A program made the translations under genes and the position numbers. From positions 1,312,001-1,376,000 of the forward strand of contig CAXXTH010000010.1 of NCBI GenBank assembly GCA_963668025.2: 64,000 nt of DNA, written 5' to 3'. Source of the DNA: Candidatus Hydrogenedentota bacterium. Lineage in GTDB: Bacteria; Hydrogenedentota; Hydrogenedentia; Hydrogenedentales; SLHB01. Shown here one piece after another: positions 18,194-28,670 of the stretch. The notes below the pieces were generated by a model, which had not been told where the DNA came from, ran no database searches, and saw only the letters and a list, made by a program, of their open reading frames with translations. Position 1 is the stretch's first letter. Each line of letters begins with the position of its first letter.

Positions 18194-21076
18194 GTGAACA
18201 GGATGAATGGAATGAACAAGATGGACAGAATAAAGCGGGCCGCCCATTATGCGGGATTGTTGCTGGCATGCGCCTGTTGCCTAGCGTTGCTTGCGGGCTG
18301 TTCGGAACGCCGAAGCAAGCAGCAGAGTGAATTGGGCGACACCTATCTCCGCCTCGGGAATGTGCAGCAGGCAGCGGATGCGTATGACAGTGCGTTGAAG
18401 CTGAATCCGGACAACATGGCGGCGAAACTGGGCCGGTCCCGCTGTTTCGCGGCGCAAAACAATCCAGATTCGGCGCTTCAAGGTTATAAAGAGGTGATAT
18501 CCAGCGGCCAATTCGTGGAAGCCGCCCATGTGGACGCGATAGAGCTGCTCATGAAAATAAACCGCACGGATGAAGCCATGGCCCTGGCCACCGAATTCGC
18601 GGGCAAGAGCGCGGAACTGGGCGGTTTGGTGTTATCCCGCCTGGAAACGGCTACGGGCAAGAATGACGCAGCACTTGAACGGCTTGAAAAATTGCGCACT
18701 CAATTCGACAAGTCGGTTCCCGTACGTGTGCTCTTGGCGAAAGCGTTGCTTACTGCCGGGCGCGATCAAGATGCGGAAAAAGAATTGAAGGAGGTTCTCG
18801 ATTCCGTCGATTCGGATTCGCTGCCTGCCCGGATGGCGCTGGTGGAAGTGTATCGTAAACAAGGCCGTTTGGATGAGCTTCTGAGCCAGCTCGAAGCGCT
18901 TGCCAAAGAGAATCCCAATAATCCGAATATGAAATTGGCGCTTGCCCGCGGGTATCTTGCCGCGGGGAAAATGGATGACGCGGAAAAGATCGCCCGGACG
19001 GTTTTGGGTGAATCGCCCGAGTCGGGTTGGGCGAATTTTATCTTGGGCGCTTGCCTGGTCGAGAAAAAGCAGTACGACGAGGCGGCGGCTTGTTTACAAG
19101 CGGCGGCCAAAGCGCTGCCGGATGAACCGCAAGCCGCTGAACTGCTGGCCGTGGCCATGAACAAGGGGGTTGCGCCTACGCCGCAGGCGGCTGCTGCTGC
19201 ATCGAGCGGAGGAGCGGGAGCCGCGGACTGGCAGGCGATGTGGATCAGCGCCGATCTGGCGGCGTTAATGAATCAGCGTGCGCGCCTGATGCAATTGCCG
19301 GATGAAAACATTAAAGAGCTGCTGCTCTGCACCGCGCTGTTTTTACGCCAAGCGGACATTGTGGATGAAATAACCGCCCAGCTTCCCAATGATTCGCCTT
19401 TCCGCAAATTCGCGGAACTCTTAAAGGCAGGCGATCTGAACGCTGTCATCAAGTTTACGGACGGATGGAAAGAAGAAAACGGCCTTCGTAAAGAATTGCG
19501 CGACAATTGCCTGGGATTTGCATTAGGTTCGGGCGGCGCACGGGCGGCCGCATTTCAAGTCTTGTCGGAATGCTTGCTGGCATGGCCGGACCATGGAGCC
19601 GCGCTGTACAATCTATCGACCATATATGGCGCCGCCAAGATGACGGAGCTTCAAGCGCAATGCCTGAAGCAGCTCGTGCGCATGCATCCAGGCAATGTGG
19701 ACGCCCAGCTTTTATTGTACAGCGTGTTGGTGGCTTCGGGTAGAATCGATGAGGCGCGCAATCAAGCGCAAGTCACCTTCACGCAATACCCCAGCAATGC
19801 GCGTGCATTATCGAATCTCGCCTCGATTTACCGCACCACGGGCGACGTGAAAGGCGCGCGTGACGTGCTTGCACGCGCCATTCAAAGTGTTCCTGGCGAT
19901 GCCGGGATTCGTTTCCAATTGGCGCAATTGCTGCTCGATTCCGGAGAGAGCGGCCAGCAGGTGGACGAAGTGCTGGCGGGCGTGGACGCCTCCTCGGAGA
20001 TGACGAAATTGCGTGTGGATTCCATCAAAGCATTCGCATCGGCTCTATCTGGCGCTTGGGGGCCTGCACAAGAATTATGGACAAAGGCAAAAGAGATGAG
20101 CCCGCCAATATCGGTCCGCTTGCTATGCGCTGCGTCGTTGCTTCAAGCGGGCCAGCAGGCGGATGCGGCAGCTACGCTGGATGGGCCGGATGGCAAGCCG
20201 ATTGATACGCCAGCTTCGCGGGTGCTGCTGGCGGCCTTTGGAAAGGCTACGGGTGAGATGTCGGCTGATGAGAACGCCCTGGCCCAAAAGCTCGCGGCGG
20301 ATCCCGTGTCGGCAAGCGATTTCGCCCTGGCGCAGGCATGCCTCCAGTCAGATATGCAAACCCCGGCTCTCCGGATCCTACAGTCCATCAATGTGAAATT
20401 GGATGGGCCTTCGGGCCTGGCTTTGCCCATGCTCGAGGCTATCGCACGGAGCCAGGCCGATGGCGATAAATTGGCCATGGCGAAAGCATATGTCGAACAA
20501 TACGCCAATAACGCCACCGCATGGCTTGCGCTGGCTGCCATGAGCGGCGTCATGCAGAATACAACAGCCGAAGGCGAGGCGTACGAGCAGGCGATCAAAA
20601 CGGCTCCGGATCGATATGAAGCGTGGCTGCGGTACAGCCTTTTCCTCGATAAGCAGAAAGACTTCGGAAACCTCATCAACGCCAACCGGCGCATGCTCGA
20701 GCTGAAACCTGATGATCCGGTGGCGGAGAACAATTTGGCGTATACGCTGCTGCGCACGAACGGCAGCCCCCAAGAGGCCATGGACTTGGCCCAGAAAGCT
20801 ATTGCTAAAATGGGCCGGCAAGCGCACTTGTTACATACGCTAGGCTTGGCTCAATTGCGATTGGGCATGCTGGAGGATGCCGGGAAAAACCTCGCGGAAG
20901 CCGTGGAGGTCCGTCCGGGCGATCCGACGCTCCTGTTGGATTTTGGCCAAGCCCTGTTAGCGAAGGGAGAAAAAGATAAAGGCAAAATGCGCATCCAGCT
21001 TGCTCTCCGTTACGCGGACCAGCTTGGACTCGATTTCCCGAGGCGGGATGAAGCCGTGAAGGCATTGTCCGAGTAG
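18194..21076 (+). CDS. Large TPR lipoprotein
   Basis: Lipobox LAGC; TPR repeats with NNLAY motif; the true start may be one of several nearby Met codons. Confidence 0.85.
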   Translation: MNRMNGMNKMDRIKRAAHYAGLLLACACCLALLAGCSERRSKQQSELGDTYLRLGNVQQAADAYDSALKLNPDNMAAKLGRSRCFAAQNNPDSALQGYKEVISSGQFVEAAHVDAIELLMKINRTDEAMALATEFAGKSAELGGLVLSRLETATGKNDAALERLEKLRTQFDKSVPVRVLLAKALLTAGRDQDAEKELKEVLDSVDSDSLPARMALVEVYRKQGRLDELLSQLEALAKENPNNPNMKLALARGYLAAGKMDDAEKIARTVLGESPESGWANFILGACLVEKKQYDEAAACLQAAAKALPDEPQAAELLAVAMNKGVAPTPQAAAAASSGGAGAADWQAMWISADLAALMNQRARLMQLPDENIKELLLCTALFLRQADIVDEITAQLPNDSPFRKFAELLKAGDLNAVIKFTDGWKEENGLRKELRDNCLGFALGSGGARAAAFQVLSECLLAWPDHGAALYNLSTIYGAAKMTELQAQCLKQLVRMHPGNVDAQLLLYSVLVASGRIDEARNQAQVTFTQYPSNARALSNLASIYRTTGDVKGARDVLARAIQSVPGDAGIRFQLAQLLLDSGESGQQVDEVLAGVDASSEMTKLRVDSIKAFASALSGAWGPAQELWTKAKEMSPPISVRLLCAASLLQAGQQADAAATLDGPDGKPIDTPASRVLLAAFGKATGEMSADENALAQKLAADPVSASDFALAQACLQSDMQTPALRILQSINVKLDGPSGLALPMLEAIARSQADGDKLAMAKAYVEQYANNATAWLALAAMSGVMQNTTAEGEAYEQAIKTAPDRYEAWLRYSLFLDKQKDFGNLINANRRMLELKPDDPVAENNLAYTLLRTNGSPQEAMDLAQKAIAKMGRQAHLLHTLGLAQLRLGMLEDAGKNLAEAVEVRPGDPTLLLDFGQALLAKGEKDKGKMRIQLALRYADQLGLDFPRRDEAVKALSE

Positions 21077-21104
21077 AGATCATAAGGAGCCGCCGGAGCG
21101 GTTG

Positions 21105-22058
21105 ATGAAAGAATTGATAAATACTAGCAGCGCCAGCGCTCGGGGGGAGAGTGTGCCTATCCGGGTGATCACGCCTCCCAAAGGGTGGGCCCCGCTCGAT
21201 TTACGGGAGGTGTGGCGCTACCGGGAACTGCTGTTTTTTCTCACGTGGCGCGATGTGAAGGTCCGGTATAAGCAGACCGTGCTGGGCGCGTCGTGGGCGA
21301 TCATCCAGCCGTTTTTGAGCATGGTGATCTTCAGCATCATCTTTGGCCAGCTCGCCAAGCTGCCGTCCGGGGGGATACCATATCCGCTATTGACATATAG
21401 CGCCTTGGTGCCCTGGACTTTCTTTTCGACGGGCCTTACCAAATCGTCTGATAGCCTTGTCGGGAGCGCATATCTGATCAAGAAGGTCTATTTCCCGCGC
21501 CTGCTCATACCCATATCGAGCGTGTTGTCGGGCGTGGTGGATTTTGCGCTGGCCTTCGTTGTGCTCATCGGGATGATGGCGTATTACGGTTATTGGCCAG
21601 GCGCAGGCATATGGAGCTTGCCGGTGCTGCTTGTTCTTTCCGGCATGGCTTCGCTGGGCGTAGGGCTTTGGTTATCCGCCATGAACGTCCAATTTCGTGA
21701 TGTGAAATATGTGGTGCCTTTTTTGGTGCAATTTTGGCTGTATGCCAGCCCTGTGGCTTATATTGGAACGATAATCCCTGAGAAATGGCGGCTGGTATAT
21801 GCGTTGAATCCTATGGTGGGAGTAGTGGCGGGATTCCGCTGGGCATTGTTGGGCAATCCAGCTTCGTCCGCGGAGCCGATGGTTCAGGAGCTCCTCGCTA
21901 AGGCGCAGTTCCTCCTAGGCTATCCAGTTTCGTCCGCGGAGCCGATGGCGTTTCCGGGCATGGAGATACTCGTCTCCACTTTGGTGTCCGCGGCGCTGCT
22001 GGTGAGCGGCGCCTATTATTTCCGGCGCATGGAAAAGTCCTTTGCGGACGTGGTGTGA
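21105..22058 (+). CDS. wzm: ABC-2 polysaccharide permease
   Basis: RDVKVRYKQTVLG, KKVYFPR, FRDV, LNPM and FADVV motifs. Confidence 0.92.
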   Translation: MKELINTSSASARGESVPIRVITPPKGWAPLDLREVWRYRELLFFLTWRDVKVRYKQTVLGASWAIIQPFLSMVIFSIIFGQLAKLPSGGIPYPLLTYSALVPWTFFSTGLTKSSDSLVGSAYLIKKVYFPRLLIPISSVLSGVVDFALAFVVLIGMMAYYGYWPGAGIWSLPVLLVLSGMASLGVGLWLSAMNVQFRDVKYVVPFLVQFWLYASPVAYIGTIIPEKWRLVYALNPMVGVVAGFRWALLGNPASSAEPMVQELLAKAQFLLGYPVSSAEPMAFPGMEILVSTLVSAALLVSGAYYFRRMEKSFADVV

Positions 22059-22061
22059 CCC

Positions 22062-23330
22062 ATGAGCGAAACCGCCATACGAGTAGAAAACCTGAGCAAG
22101 ATGTACCGCATCGGCGCGGTGCAAAATGGCTACAGCACCTTACGGGATGTCATCGCGGATACGGCGGCGGCTCCATTTAAACGGATGTATAAGCTATTGC
22201 GCGGCGAGGCGACGGGGGCCTCGGGCCTGGATGAGACGTTGTGGGCGCTTGATGATGTGAACTTCGAGATCCAGCATGGCGAGGTCATCGGCATCATCGG
22301 ACGGAATGGCGCGGGTAAAAGCACCCTGCTGAAGGTTCTGTCGCGTATCACCGAGCCGACCACGGGCTCCATCACCATCCGGGGGCGTGTTGGCTCTTTG
22401 CTCGAAGTGGGCACCGGTTTTCATCCCGAGCTGACGGGCCGCGAGAACACGTTTCTTAACGGGGCGATCCTGGGCATGCACCGGACCGAAGTGAAGCGCA
22501 AATTCGATGATATCGTCGAATTCGCGGAGATTGGCCGTTTCGTGGATACGCCGGTCAAACACTATTCTTCAGGCATGTACACCCGCCTGGCTTTTGCGGT
22601 CGCGGCCCATCTGGAGACCGAGATCCTGCTGGTGGATGAAGTGCTGGCCGTGGGCGATGCGAAATTCCAGGAAAAATGCCTCAGCAAGATGCAGGATGTG
22701 ACGGAAGGCGAAGGCCGGACGGTGCTCTTCGTGAGCCATAACATGTCTGCCGTACAGAGTATTTGCAAAAAAGTCATCGTCATGAAGGATGGGCGCAATT
22801 CGGAGTTGCATAGTCCCGATGAGGGAGTGCGGCAGTATTTATCCGAAGGGTATGAGGCCGCCTCGAAGCCATTCATCGAGCGCCCCAGATTCCAAAGCGC
22901 CGCCCGCCCGCCGATCCTCGCCGGATTGCGTGTGAATGGCTCCGCCGCTTCCGAGACGTTTATTCCAGCGGGCAGTTCCGTCGAATTTGAGGTGGAGCTG
23001 CAGGATTTCTCCAATCTACCCTATGTTGCCGTAACCATCGCATTGTCGGATGACCAGCTCCGCCGCGTGGTGACGTTCCATTCCTTAATCCACTCGGGCG
23101 TGACGGTTGCAGGAGCGAAAAACGCCCGGGCGTATTGCACGGTGGACATGCTGCCGCTAATCCCGGGCACATACCACATTGAATTGGTGTTGCACGACGG
23201 TTATCACGTGGTGGAGCGTTTGGAGCAAGCAGCGAAAATCACGGTGACGTTCGAAGATCTTTTTGGCACAGGGCTGCTGCCCGCTGCACGGCATGGATAT
23301 CTTATAACGCCGTGCCGCTGGCGCGTGTGA
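22062..23330 (+). CDS. wzt: Polysaccharide ABC ATPase with C-terminal carbohydrate-binding domain
   Basis: GRNGAGKST, GFHPELTGREN, YSSGM and DEVLAVGD; Wzt-C-like extension. Confidence 0.92.
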   Translation: MSETAIRVENLSKMYRIGAVQNGYSTLRDVIADTAAAPFKRMYKLLRGEATGASGLDETLWALDDVNFEIQHGEVIGIIGRNGAGKSTLLKVLSRITEPTTGSITIRGRVGSLLEVGTGFHPELTGRENTFLNGAILGMHRTEVKRKFDDIVEFAEIGRFVDTPVKHYSSGMYTRLAFAVAAHLETEILLVDEVLAVGDAKFQEKCLSKMQDVTEGEGRTVLFVSHNMSAVQSICKKVIVMKDGRNSELHSPDEGVRQYLSEGYEAASKPFIERPRFQSAARPPILAGLRVNGSAASETFIPAGSSVEFEVELQDFSNLPYVAVTIALSDDQLRRVVTFHSLIHSGVTVAGAKNARAYCTVDMLPLIPGTYHIELVLHDGYHVVERLEQAAKITVTFEDLFGTGLLPAARHGYLITPCRWRV

Positions 23331-23362
23331 GTTGGCGGGGAGGTGCGCCCGGACGCAACGAT

Positions 23363-24316
23363 ATGCCTGTATTCACGGTAGTCATGCCCATATACAATAC
23401 CGCCCAGTATGTTCAGGAAGCGCTGCGTTCAGTGCTGGAACAGGAAGGGGCGGACCTCGATATCATCGTGGTCGATGATGGCTCCACGGACGGTTCGCCG
23501 GATATCGTGCGTTCCTTTAATGATCCCCGCATTCGCTTGGTCATGCAAGAGCATCTAGGCGTCACGCCGGCTCGCAATCAAGGCCTGGCGCTCGCTCGAG
23601 GAGAATTCTACACGCAATGCGACGCGGATGACCTTTTCCCTCCCGGCAGGCTGGCATGGCAGCAGGATTGGCTGCGGGCGCATCCTGAATTTGGCGTGGT
23701 GTGCGGTGCGACAAAATCGATTGATCCGCAAGGGCGGTTCATCGCGGAACTGCATTACCGCCCTCATGCCATGGAAGTGACGGAAGAGCTTCGCGCCGGG
23801 AAGATTCCCGCACATAACAATGCCTGGGCGATTCGGACGCCGCTTCTTCGGGAAATAGGCGGGTTCCGTCCTTATTTTAAAGTCTCCGAGGATATTGATC
23901 TTATGCTACGCCTGGGCGGGCATACGCGGGTGTGGTATGACCCTCGCATTTCTTATTATTTGCGGCTGCGTGATTCTTCCATAACCCATACGAAAAGCGT
24001 GAGTTATGTACAGTTTTTTCGTGGCAAGGCCTTCGAATTCCAACGGCAGCGCATGGAAAGCGGCATGGATGACCTGGAGCGGGGAGCGCCGCCTGCGCCC
24101 GTGGCGGATGAGGCGCGTGGCGCGGCATGCGTGCATGACCAAATCAGCCAGCATATGGCGGGGCAGGCGTGGATCGAACGGGAGAAGGGACGCCCGTTCC
24201 GGGCATGCATCACTGCGCTGCGCGCCTGCATGCGGAGCCCCCGGCGGCTGGCCTATTGGCGCACTCTAGGCGTGCTGGCGGTTCTGGGCCTGATACGGCC
24301 GGTTCGCAAAGGATAA
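23363..24316 (+). CDS. Glycosyltransferase family 2
   Basis: VVMPIYN, VVDDGSTD, ARNxG, DADD and EDIDL motifs. Confidence 0.9.
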   Translation: MPVFTVVMPIYNTAQYVQEALRSVLEQEGADLDIIVVDDGSTDGSPDIVRSFNDPRIRLVMQEHLGVTPARNQGLALARGEFYTQCDADDLFPPGRLAWQQDWLRAHPEFGVVCGATKSIDPQGRFIAELHYRPHAMEVTEELRAGKIPAHNNAWAIRTPLLREIGGFRPYFKVSEDIDLMLRLGGHTRVWYDPRISYYLRLRDSSITHTKSVSYVQFFRGKAFEFQRQRMESGMDDLERGAPPAPVADEARGAACVHDQISQHMAGQAWIEREKGRPFRACITALRACMRSPRRLAYWRTLGVLAVLGLIRPVRKG

Positions 24317-24322
24317 TCGTGC

Positions 24323-25855
24323 ATGAACAGCCCATCGCCCAATACGAATGGCAAGCCCTTGCGCCGGATGGCGTGGCTGCTGATTCCGCTGGCGTTCTTT
24401 GTCTTGTCCGTCCTGGTGGCCCAACGCATGGGATTGTGGAAAGGCTATTTCGTATCGCTTCTGCAAACTCTGGATGAAAATGAACTGCGCGAGCATCTCG
24501 GGCGGAGCCTCCTGTTTCTGCATGGCCAGCCGCCGCTGTTCAATGTCCTCTTCGCCATGGTGCTAAAGGCCAGTGCGGCCACGGGGATCCCGCGCGAGGC
24601 CATCGCGAAAGCATTGTTTCTCCTCCTTGGCATGGGCGGCGTTACGCTTTTGTTTCATCTGATTCGGCGCATGACAGGCTCCATGGCGGCTGCGGCGCTT
24701 GTAGTGGCCCTTACGCTCATGAACCCGGCCTATCACATCGAGGCAAGCCGCTTGTATTACACGTTCATTTTGCATTTTTTGATGCTGGCCGTGTTGGTGC
24801 TCGCATGGCGCTATCTCGAACGCGGCAGCGGATGGACCCTTCTCGGATGCGTCCTTGTTCTGGCGGCGATTGTGAACATACGCACGCTCTACCATCCGTT
24901 ATGGGCCATGGGCGCTTTTACGATTGTGGCGGGTTGGCGGCTTTGGAGCGGCAGGAACGCGCGAAGGGAATGGCGTCCCGTGGCGGTGTGCGCCCTCGTG
25001 CTGCTGGCCGCTCTGGCCGCCTGGCCCATGAAAAATTATATCGTTTTCGGGAAATTCACCTATTCCACGTGGACCGGCTTCAATCTGAACCACTTGCTTC
25101 CGGGCGTGGACCCATTTTTACTGTCGGATATCGATAAGACCATTCACGATTTTCATGCGGAGGAGGCCGTCGAGGCGAAGCTGGAATCTCTCGAACCATG
25201 GTTCGGCGGTTCGCGTCCGCGCGTGTTGGTAGAGCCCAAGAAGAGCGATGGCGTGCCCAATTGGAATCATGTTGCATTCCTGGTTCTAGACCAAGAACTG
25301 GTGCGGCAAGGAATGGCCTGGCGCGTGCAGCACCCGAGGTGGTATTTCGAGCGGGTGGCGCTTCATTATTTTCAATGGTTCCGCGCCTCGCACCTGAGCG
25401 GATATTTTCCCGGCGTCATCAATTATGACCCCGGAACGCCGTCTTTCCAGCGCTATGAACGTTTGTTTCGACGCGTGTTTCATCCGGGCCTGCGGCGCGC
25501 CATCGCATGGTGCTGGCCGGGCTGCCCGCTATTGCGCTGGGCGCGCGTGGAATATACCGGCATGGAAGTCGAGCTGGATGCTTTCGCCTTTTTGGGTTTT
25601 CCGTTGCTGGTGCTGGGCTGCCTGGCGTTTCTGATTATCCATGCACGCAAGCGCCGGGCAATAGAAGGGCTCGTGTTGCTGGCCCTGTTCTGCCACGTGT
25701 TTCCGCTACTTGCCGCGAGCTTGGTGGATGGATTCGAAGGGAATCGCATGCGGTTCCCAGTATCCACCATGTTATGGGTAATGGCGGCATATTGTTTATG
25801 GGAGCTCGCCCCGCTTGTCTCGCGGCGTTTGGGCAAGAAGCCAGGCATATCGTAA
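24323..25855 (+). CDS. Polytopic membrane protein, GT-C/PMT-like glycosyltransferase candidate
   Basis: HGQPPLFN early loop, many TM helices, large periplasmic loop, late RMRFP; last gene of the glycan locus. Confidence 0.5.
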   Translation: MNSPSPNTNGKPLRRMAWLLIPLAFFVLSVLVAQRMGLWKGYFVSLLQTLDENELREHLGRSLLFLHGQPPLFNVLFAMVLKASAATGIPREAIAKALFLLLGMGGVTLLFHLIRRMTGSMAAAALVVALTLMNPAYHIEASRLYYTFILHFLMLAVLVLAWRYLERGSGWTLLGCVLVLAAIVNIRTLYHPLWAMGAFTIVAGWRLWSGRNARREWRPVAVCALVLLAALAAWPMKNYIVFGKFTYSTWTGFNLNHLLPGVDPFLLSDIDKTIHDFHAEEAVEAKLESLEPWFGGSRPRVLVEPKKSDGVPNWNHVAFLVLDQELVRQGMAWRVQHPRWYFERVALHYFQWFRASHLSGYFPGVINYDPGTPSFQRYERLFRRVFHPGLRRAIAWCWPGCPLLRWARVEYTGMEVELDAFAFLGFPLLVLGCLAFLIIHARKRRAIEGLVLLALFCHVFPLLAASLVDGFEGNRMRFPVSTMLWVMAAYCLWELAPLVSRRLGKKPGIS

Positions 25856-25944
25856 CACTTTAACCGAATGAGGTAGCATCTTATATTTAACAGCCTTGTT
25901 TATTCTTTTTTTTGCTGGTATTGAGACATCATTTTTCATCTGAC

Positions 25945-26013
25945 GACCGACGAGGGCGTCGGTCCCACACTTTTTAAAGTGAGCCCAGTGTGGGACCGGC
26001 GCCCTCGCCGGTC
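25945..26013. repeat. Inverted pair of REP-like palindromes
   Basis: GACCGACGAGGGCGTCGGTCCCACACT ... AGTGTGGGACCGGCGCCCTCGCCGGTC. Confidence 0.75.
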
Positions 26014-26104
26014 ATTCTTCACCACTTGGCTGAAGTGTTACGATTTTTGTATATGCCGAATCATGCCGCTAATGCAAGCGTGTCCCGAAGGGACACCCCA
26101 TTAC

Positions 26105-27795
26105 CCTAAAAAAGGCAGTAGGAGCTTGCTTTGGGATTTTTCCAGCCCAATTTTGTAAAGAAATAACTGTCCTGTCCCGCTCTTTACGTTGGCGCCGGCA
26201 GCAGGTTGGGGGTGGCCAGCGGCCTTCCCTCGAGTATTTTGGCGAAGATCCGGCTGAGGATCGTCCGCCATCGTTCGTTCCGGTTCAACTGCCGCGCAGT
26301 TGCTTTCACCTCCGATAAAAAGGCGTTTACGGATTTCAGAACTTGTTCCATAGCATGTCCTTGCGCATGCACGGGGGTGATGGTGAGCGTGGTTTGGCCT
26401 CCGTGGCGGGTCTGCTGTCCCACACCATACAGCAGCAGAGGGCGGCTCGTGATCGCTTCGGCGTGGCGCTCCGGAATCGCCAAGCGCACGTACAAAGACC
26501 ACCAATTGTAAATCAGGGCTATGATTCGCGCCATGATTTGGCAGCGCTTCATATCGTGGGTGGTATACCCGCCCCACCCCCACTGGTTTTTCTGTTCATC
26601 GTAGATGTTTTCCGCATCGCCCCGGTCGCGATAATGCTGGGCCAAGGCCGATAGGGGGTCTGTCAGCGAAGTGGCCAGCAGCGCGTATTCATACTGCTGC
26701 ACGGCTCCCGCTTGGATCTCAATGAGCTGTAGTTGGGGGGAGGGGTCAGGCAATAGCGGCTCCGTTTCCAGAACGATACTCCCTTTGAGCTTGCGCCGCA
26801 GAACGATTACCCGGCGTTTGCTCGTCCATCCCATAAGCTCCAGACGGTCTTCCAAACCTTCCCAGCCTTGGCCTGCTGGCGTCCAGTCCTTAGAACAAAA
26901 GGCCTGCTGGATAAGCCGTTTCACGTTGCTGGTCTGCCGCAATTTGAACAGATAGGGCACTCCGCGCGCTTCGGCTTCGCTCATGTCGCGTTCGTTGCCG
27001 AAGGCGCAGTCGCCGCGAATCATGCCCGGCCAGGCCGCGCGCGGCAAGCCATCGAGAAAATGCCACAATCCAGGCATGGTGTATTTCGCCGCCGTCTCGT
27101 TGCCCGGCCGGACTTCCACGTCCAGCACCAAGCGCGTGTTCGCCATAAAATAGGTATGCAGCACATGAGAAGGACGGCCCTGTTTCGCCGGATTGTAGCC
27201 CAGCACGGCCCCTTCTTGATGGCCGAACAGGGGCTTCACGCTTGTATCCACGTCCAAAATCCAAGGCTCATAAAGCAACGGCTCATAACAGCGGCGCAGG
27301 TGCTTCTGTAGCCAGCCCGCGCAGGCTTCCCCGTCCGCCAGTATAAATGCCCGCCGCGCCGAGGAGGCGCTCATGATCTTGCTCATACCCAGCAAGCCCG
27401 GGTTCACCGCGTCGTAACGGACCGCGTCAATGTGCGCATAGCGGGTGTGGCCCGCCAGCACTGATAAAAATAGCGTGCCCAGCACATCCCTCTTGCGCGG
27501 CGCATTATTGCTGGCGTACGCCAGCGGACAGTCCTCCACCCACGCTTCAAAAAGCTCCGCCATCTTGAGGAAATCGATAAAGAACGCCAACTGGCCAAAC
27601 GGCGTCGTTGCCGCCTCCCGGTCCCATTCCACATGCACCCGGCCCCCGTAGCTATCTACGAAAATCGGCGCCTCCAAAGACAACCATTCCTCCTCTCCCA
27701 ATGGGGGAGCATCTTGCTGTTGCGATTCTGTTTCCATGTTCTTTATCTTGAACTACTTCCAGCTCGACACTCAAGATTCAACTGGCGTTTTTAGG
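26105..27795 (-). mobile_element. IS1380-family element
   Basis: Imperfect TIR CCTAAAAAnGnCAGT at both ends; 5-bp duplication ATTAC (26100-26104 / 27796-27800). Confidence 0.88.
26184..27737 (-). CDS. IS1380-family transposase
   Basis: ILDVDTS, GYNP, RPGN, RGDCAFG and YRDRGDAENIYDEQK motifs. Confidence 0.9.
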   Translation of the reverse strand: METESQQQDAPPLGEEEWLSLEAPIFVDSYGGRVHVEWDREAATTPFGQLAFFIDFLKMAELFEAWVEDCPLAYASNNAPRKRDVLGTLFLSVLAGHTRYAHIDAVRYDAVNPGLLGMSKIMSASSARRAFILADGEACAGWLQKHLRRCYEPLLYEPWILDVDTSVKPLFGHQEGAVLGYNPAKQGRPSHVLHTYFMANTRLVLDVEVRPGNETAAKYTMPGLWHFLDGLPRAAWPGMIRGDCAFGNERDMSEAEARGVPYLFKLRQTSNVKRLIQQAFCSKDWTPAGQGWEGLEDRLELMGWTSKRRVIVLRRKLKGSIVLETEPLLPDPSPQLQLIEIQAGAVQQYEYALLATSLTDPLSALAQHYRDRGDAENIYDEQKNQWGWGGYTTHDMKRCQIMARIIALIYNWWSLYVRLAIPERHAEAITSRPLLLYGVGQQTRHGGQTTLTITPVHAQGHAMEQVLKSVNAFLSEVKATARQLNRNERWRTILSRIFAKILEGRPLATPNLLPAPT

Positions 27796-27941
27796 ATTAC
27801 AGCCCAGGGCCGACCGCCGCCCGAAGGGCAAGGGAGCCCCTGGGTGCAAATGCCCCCTCCCCGAAATGCCCTGTATGGGCATCCCAAAAGCGAGCCATTT
27901 CACGCTATTGATACCTGGAAGTATCTGGCGGCGGAGCTTCT

Positions 27942-28029
27942 TTAACGCAGAGAACGCAAAGGACGCGGAGTTTCGCGGAGCAGACATCTCCTCCGCGAAA
28001 CTCCGCGTCCTCAGCGCCTCTGCGATGAA
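27942..28029. repeat. Palindrome built from ~9-nt periodic CGCRGAG units
   Basis: CGCAGAGAACGCAAAGGACGCGGAGTTTCGCGGAG-loop-CTCCGCGAAACTCCGCGTCCTCAGCGCCTCTGCG. Confidence 0.8.
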
Positions 28030-28670
28030 CTACAACACATTGATGGAGTGAAAAGAATGACTCTTGGGATGTCCCTTCAGGACAATTCATTGGGGGTGCT
28101 TATACCCAGGGGCTCCCTTGCCCTTCGGGCGGCGGTCGGCCCTGGGCTATGGTGGGTTGTCCCTTCGGGACACTATTTATAAATTCTGTCCTCATCCATT
28201 ATATCAGCTAGTTACATAATATTGTTGTTTTTATGCAAAAATAATAGTGGCGCGCCCGTTACGAGCGCACCGCTTCGTGTGTAATCTCAATGGAGAATTA
28301 TTGTACGCCGTATTTCGTTTGGCTAGAGCGATTTAAGATTGGGTAATACTTCAGGCAGCTAAAGTGTTACGGAAATCTTTTCCAAGAAACACATGGCGGT
28401 TTCATGTGCGTGCAAGATAACATGCCATTTACCCGGCAATTTCGAAGAAAATGATTTTCTGTTGCATAGAAGGCAAATCTGATATTATAGTGGGCGAGGG
28501 TAAGTGAGTGGGCATGACAAAATGAAGAACATACGCATTTGTGCGCAACTTTGGATGGCCTCTGGATATTTAATAAAGGTGGCCTGAGTGAGGGAATGTG
28601 CGGAGGCGGACAGGGTGTTGTACAAGTACGAAGTGTTTTCATTAAAATAGAGTTGCCTATGTCATGCACG

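Larger units (their letters stand above)
26080..28173. repeat. Long inverted-repeat (REPIN/MITE-like) element whose left arm is split by IS1380
   Basis: 27801-27845 is the exact 45-bp reverse complement of 28104-28148; GTGTCCCGAAGGGACA at 26080 matches the reverse complement ending at 28173. Confidence 0.85.

Noticed and set aside
27801-28173. Repeat cluster considered as a CRISPR array or ncRNA
   Set aside because: Repeats are inverted rather than direct with unique spacers; no cas genes; no recognisable RNA family
28180-28670. Short ORFs in the AT-rich region upstream of pal
   Set aside because: No RBS or motif support; likely regulatory or intergenic DNA
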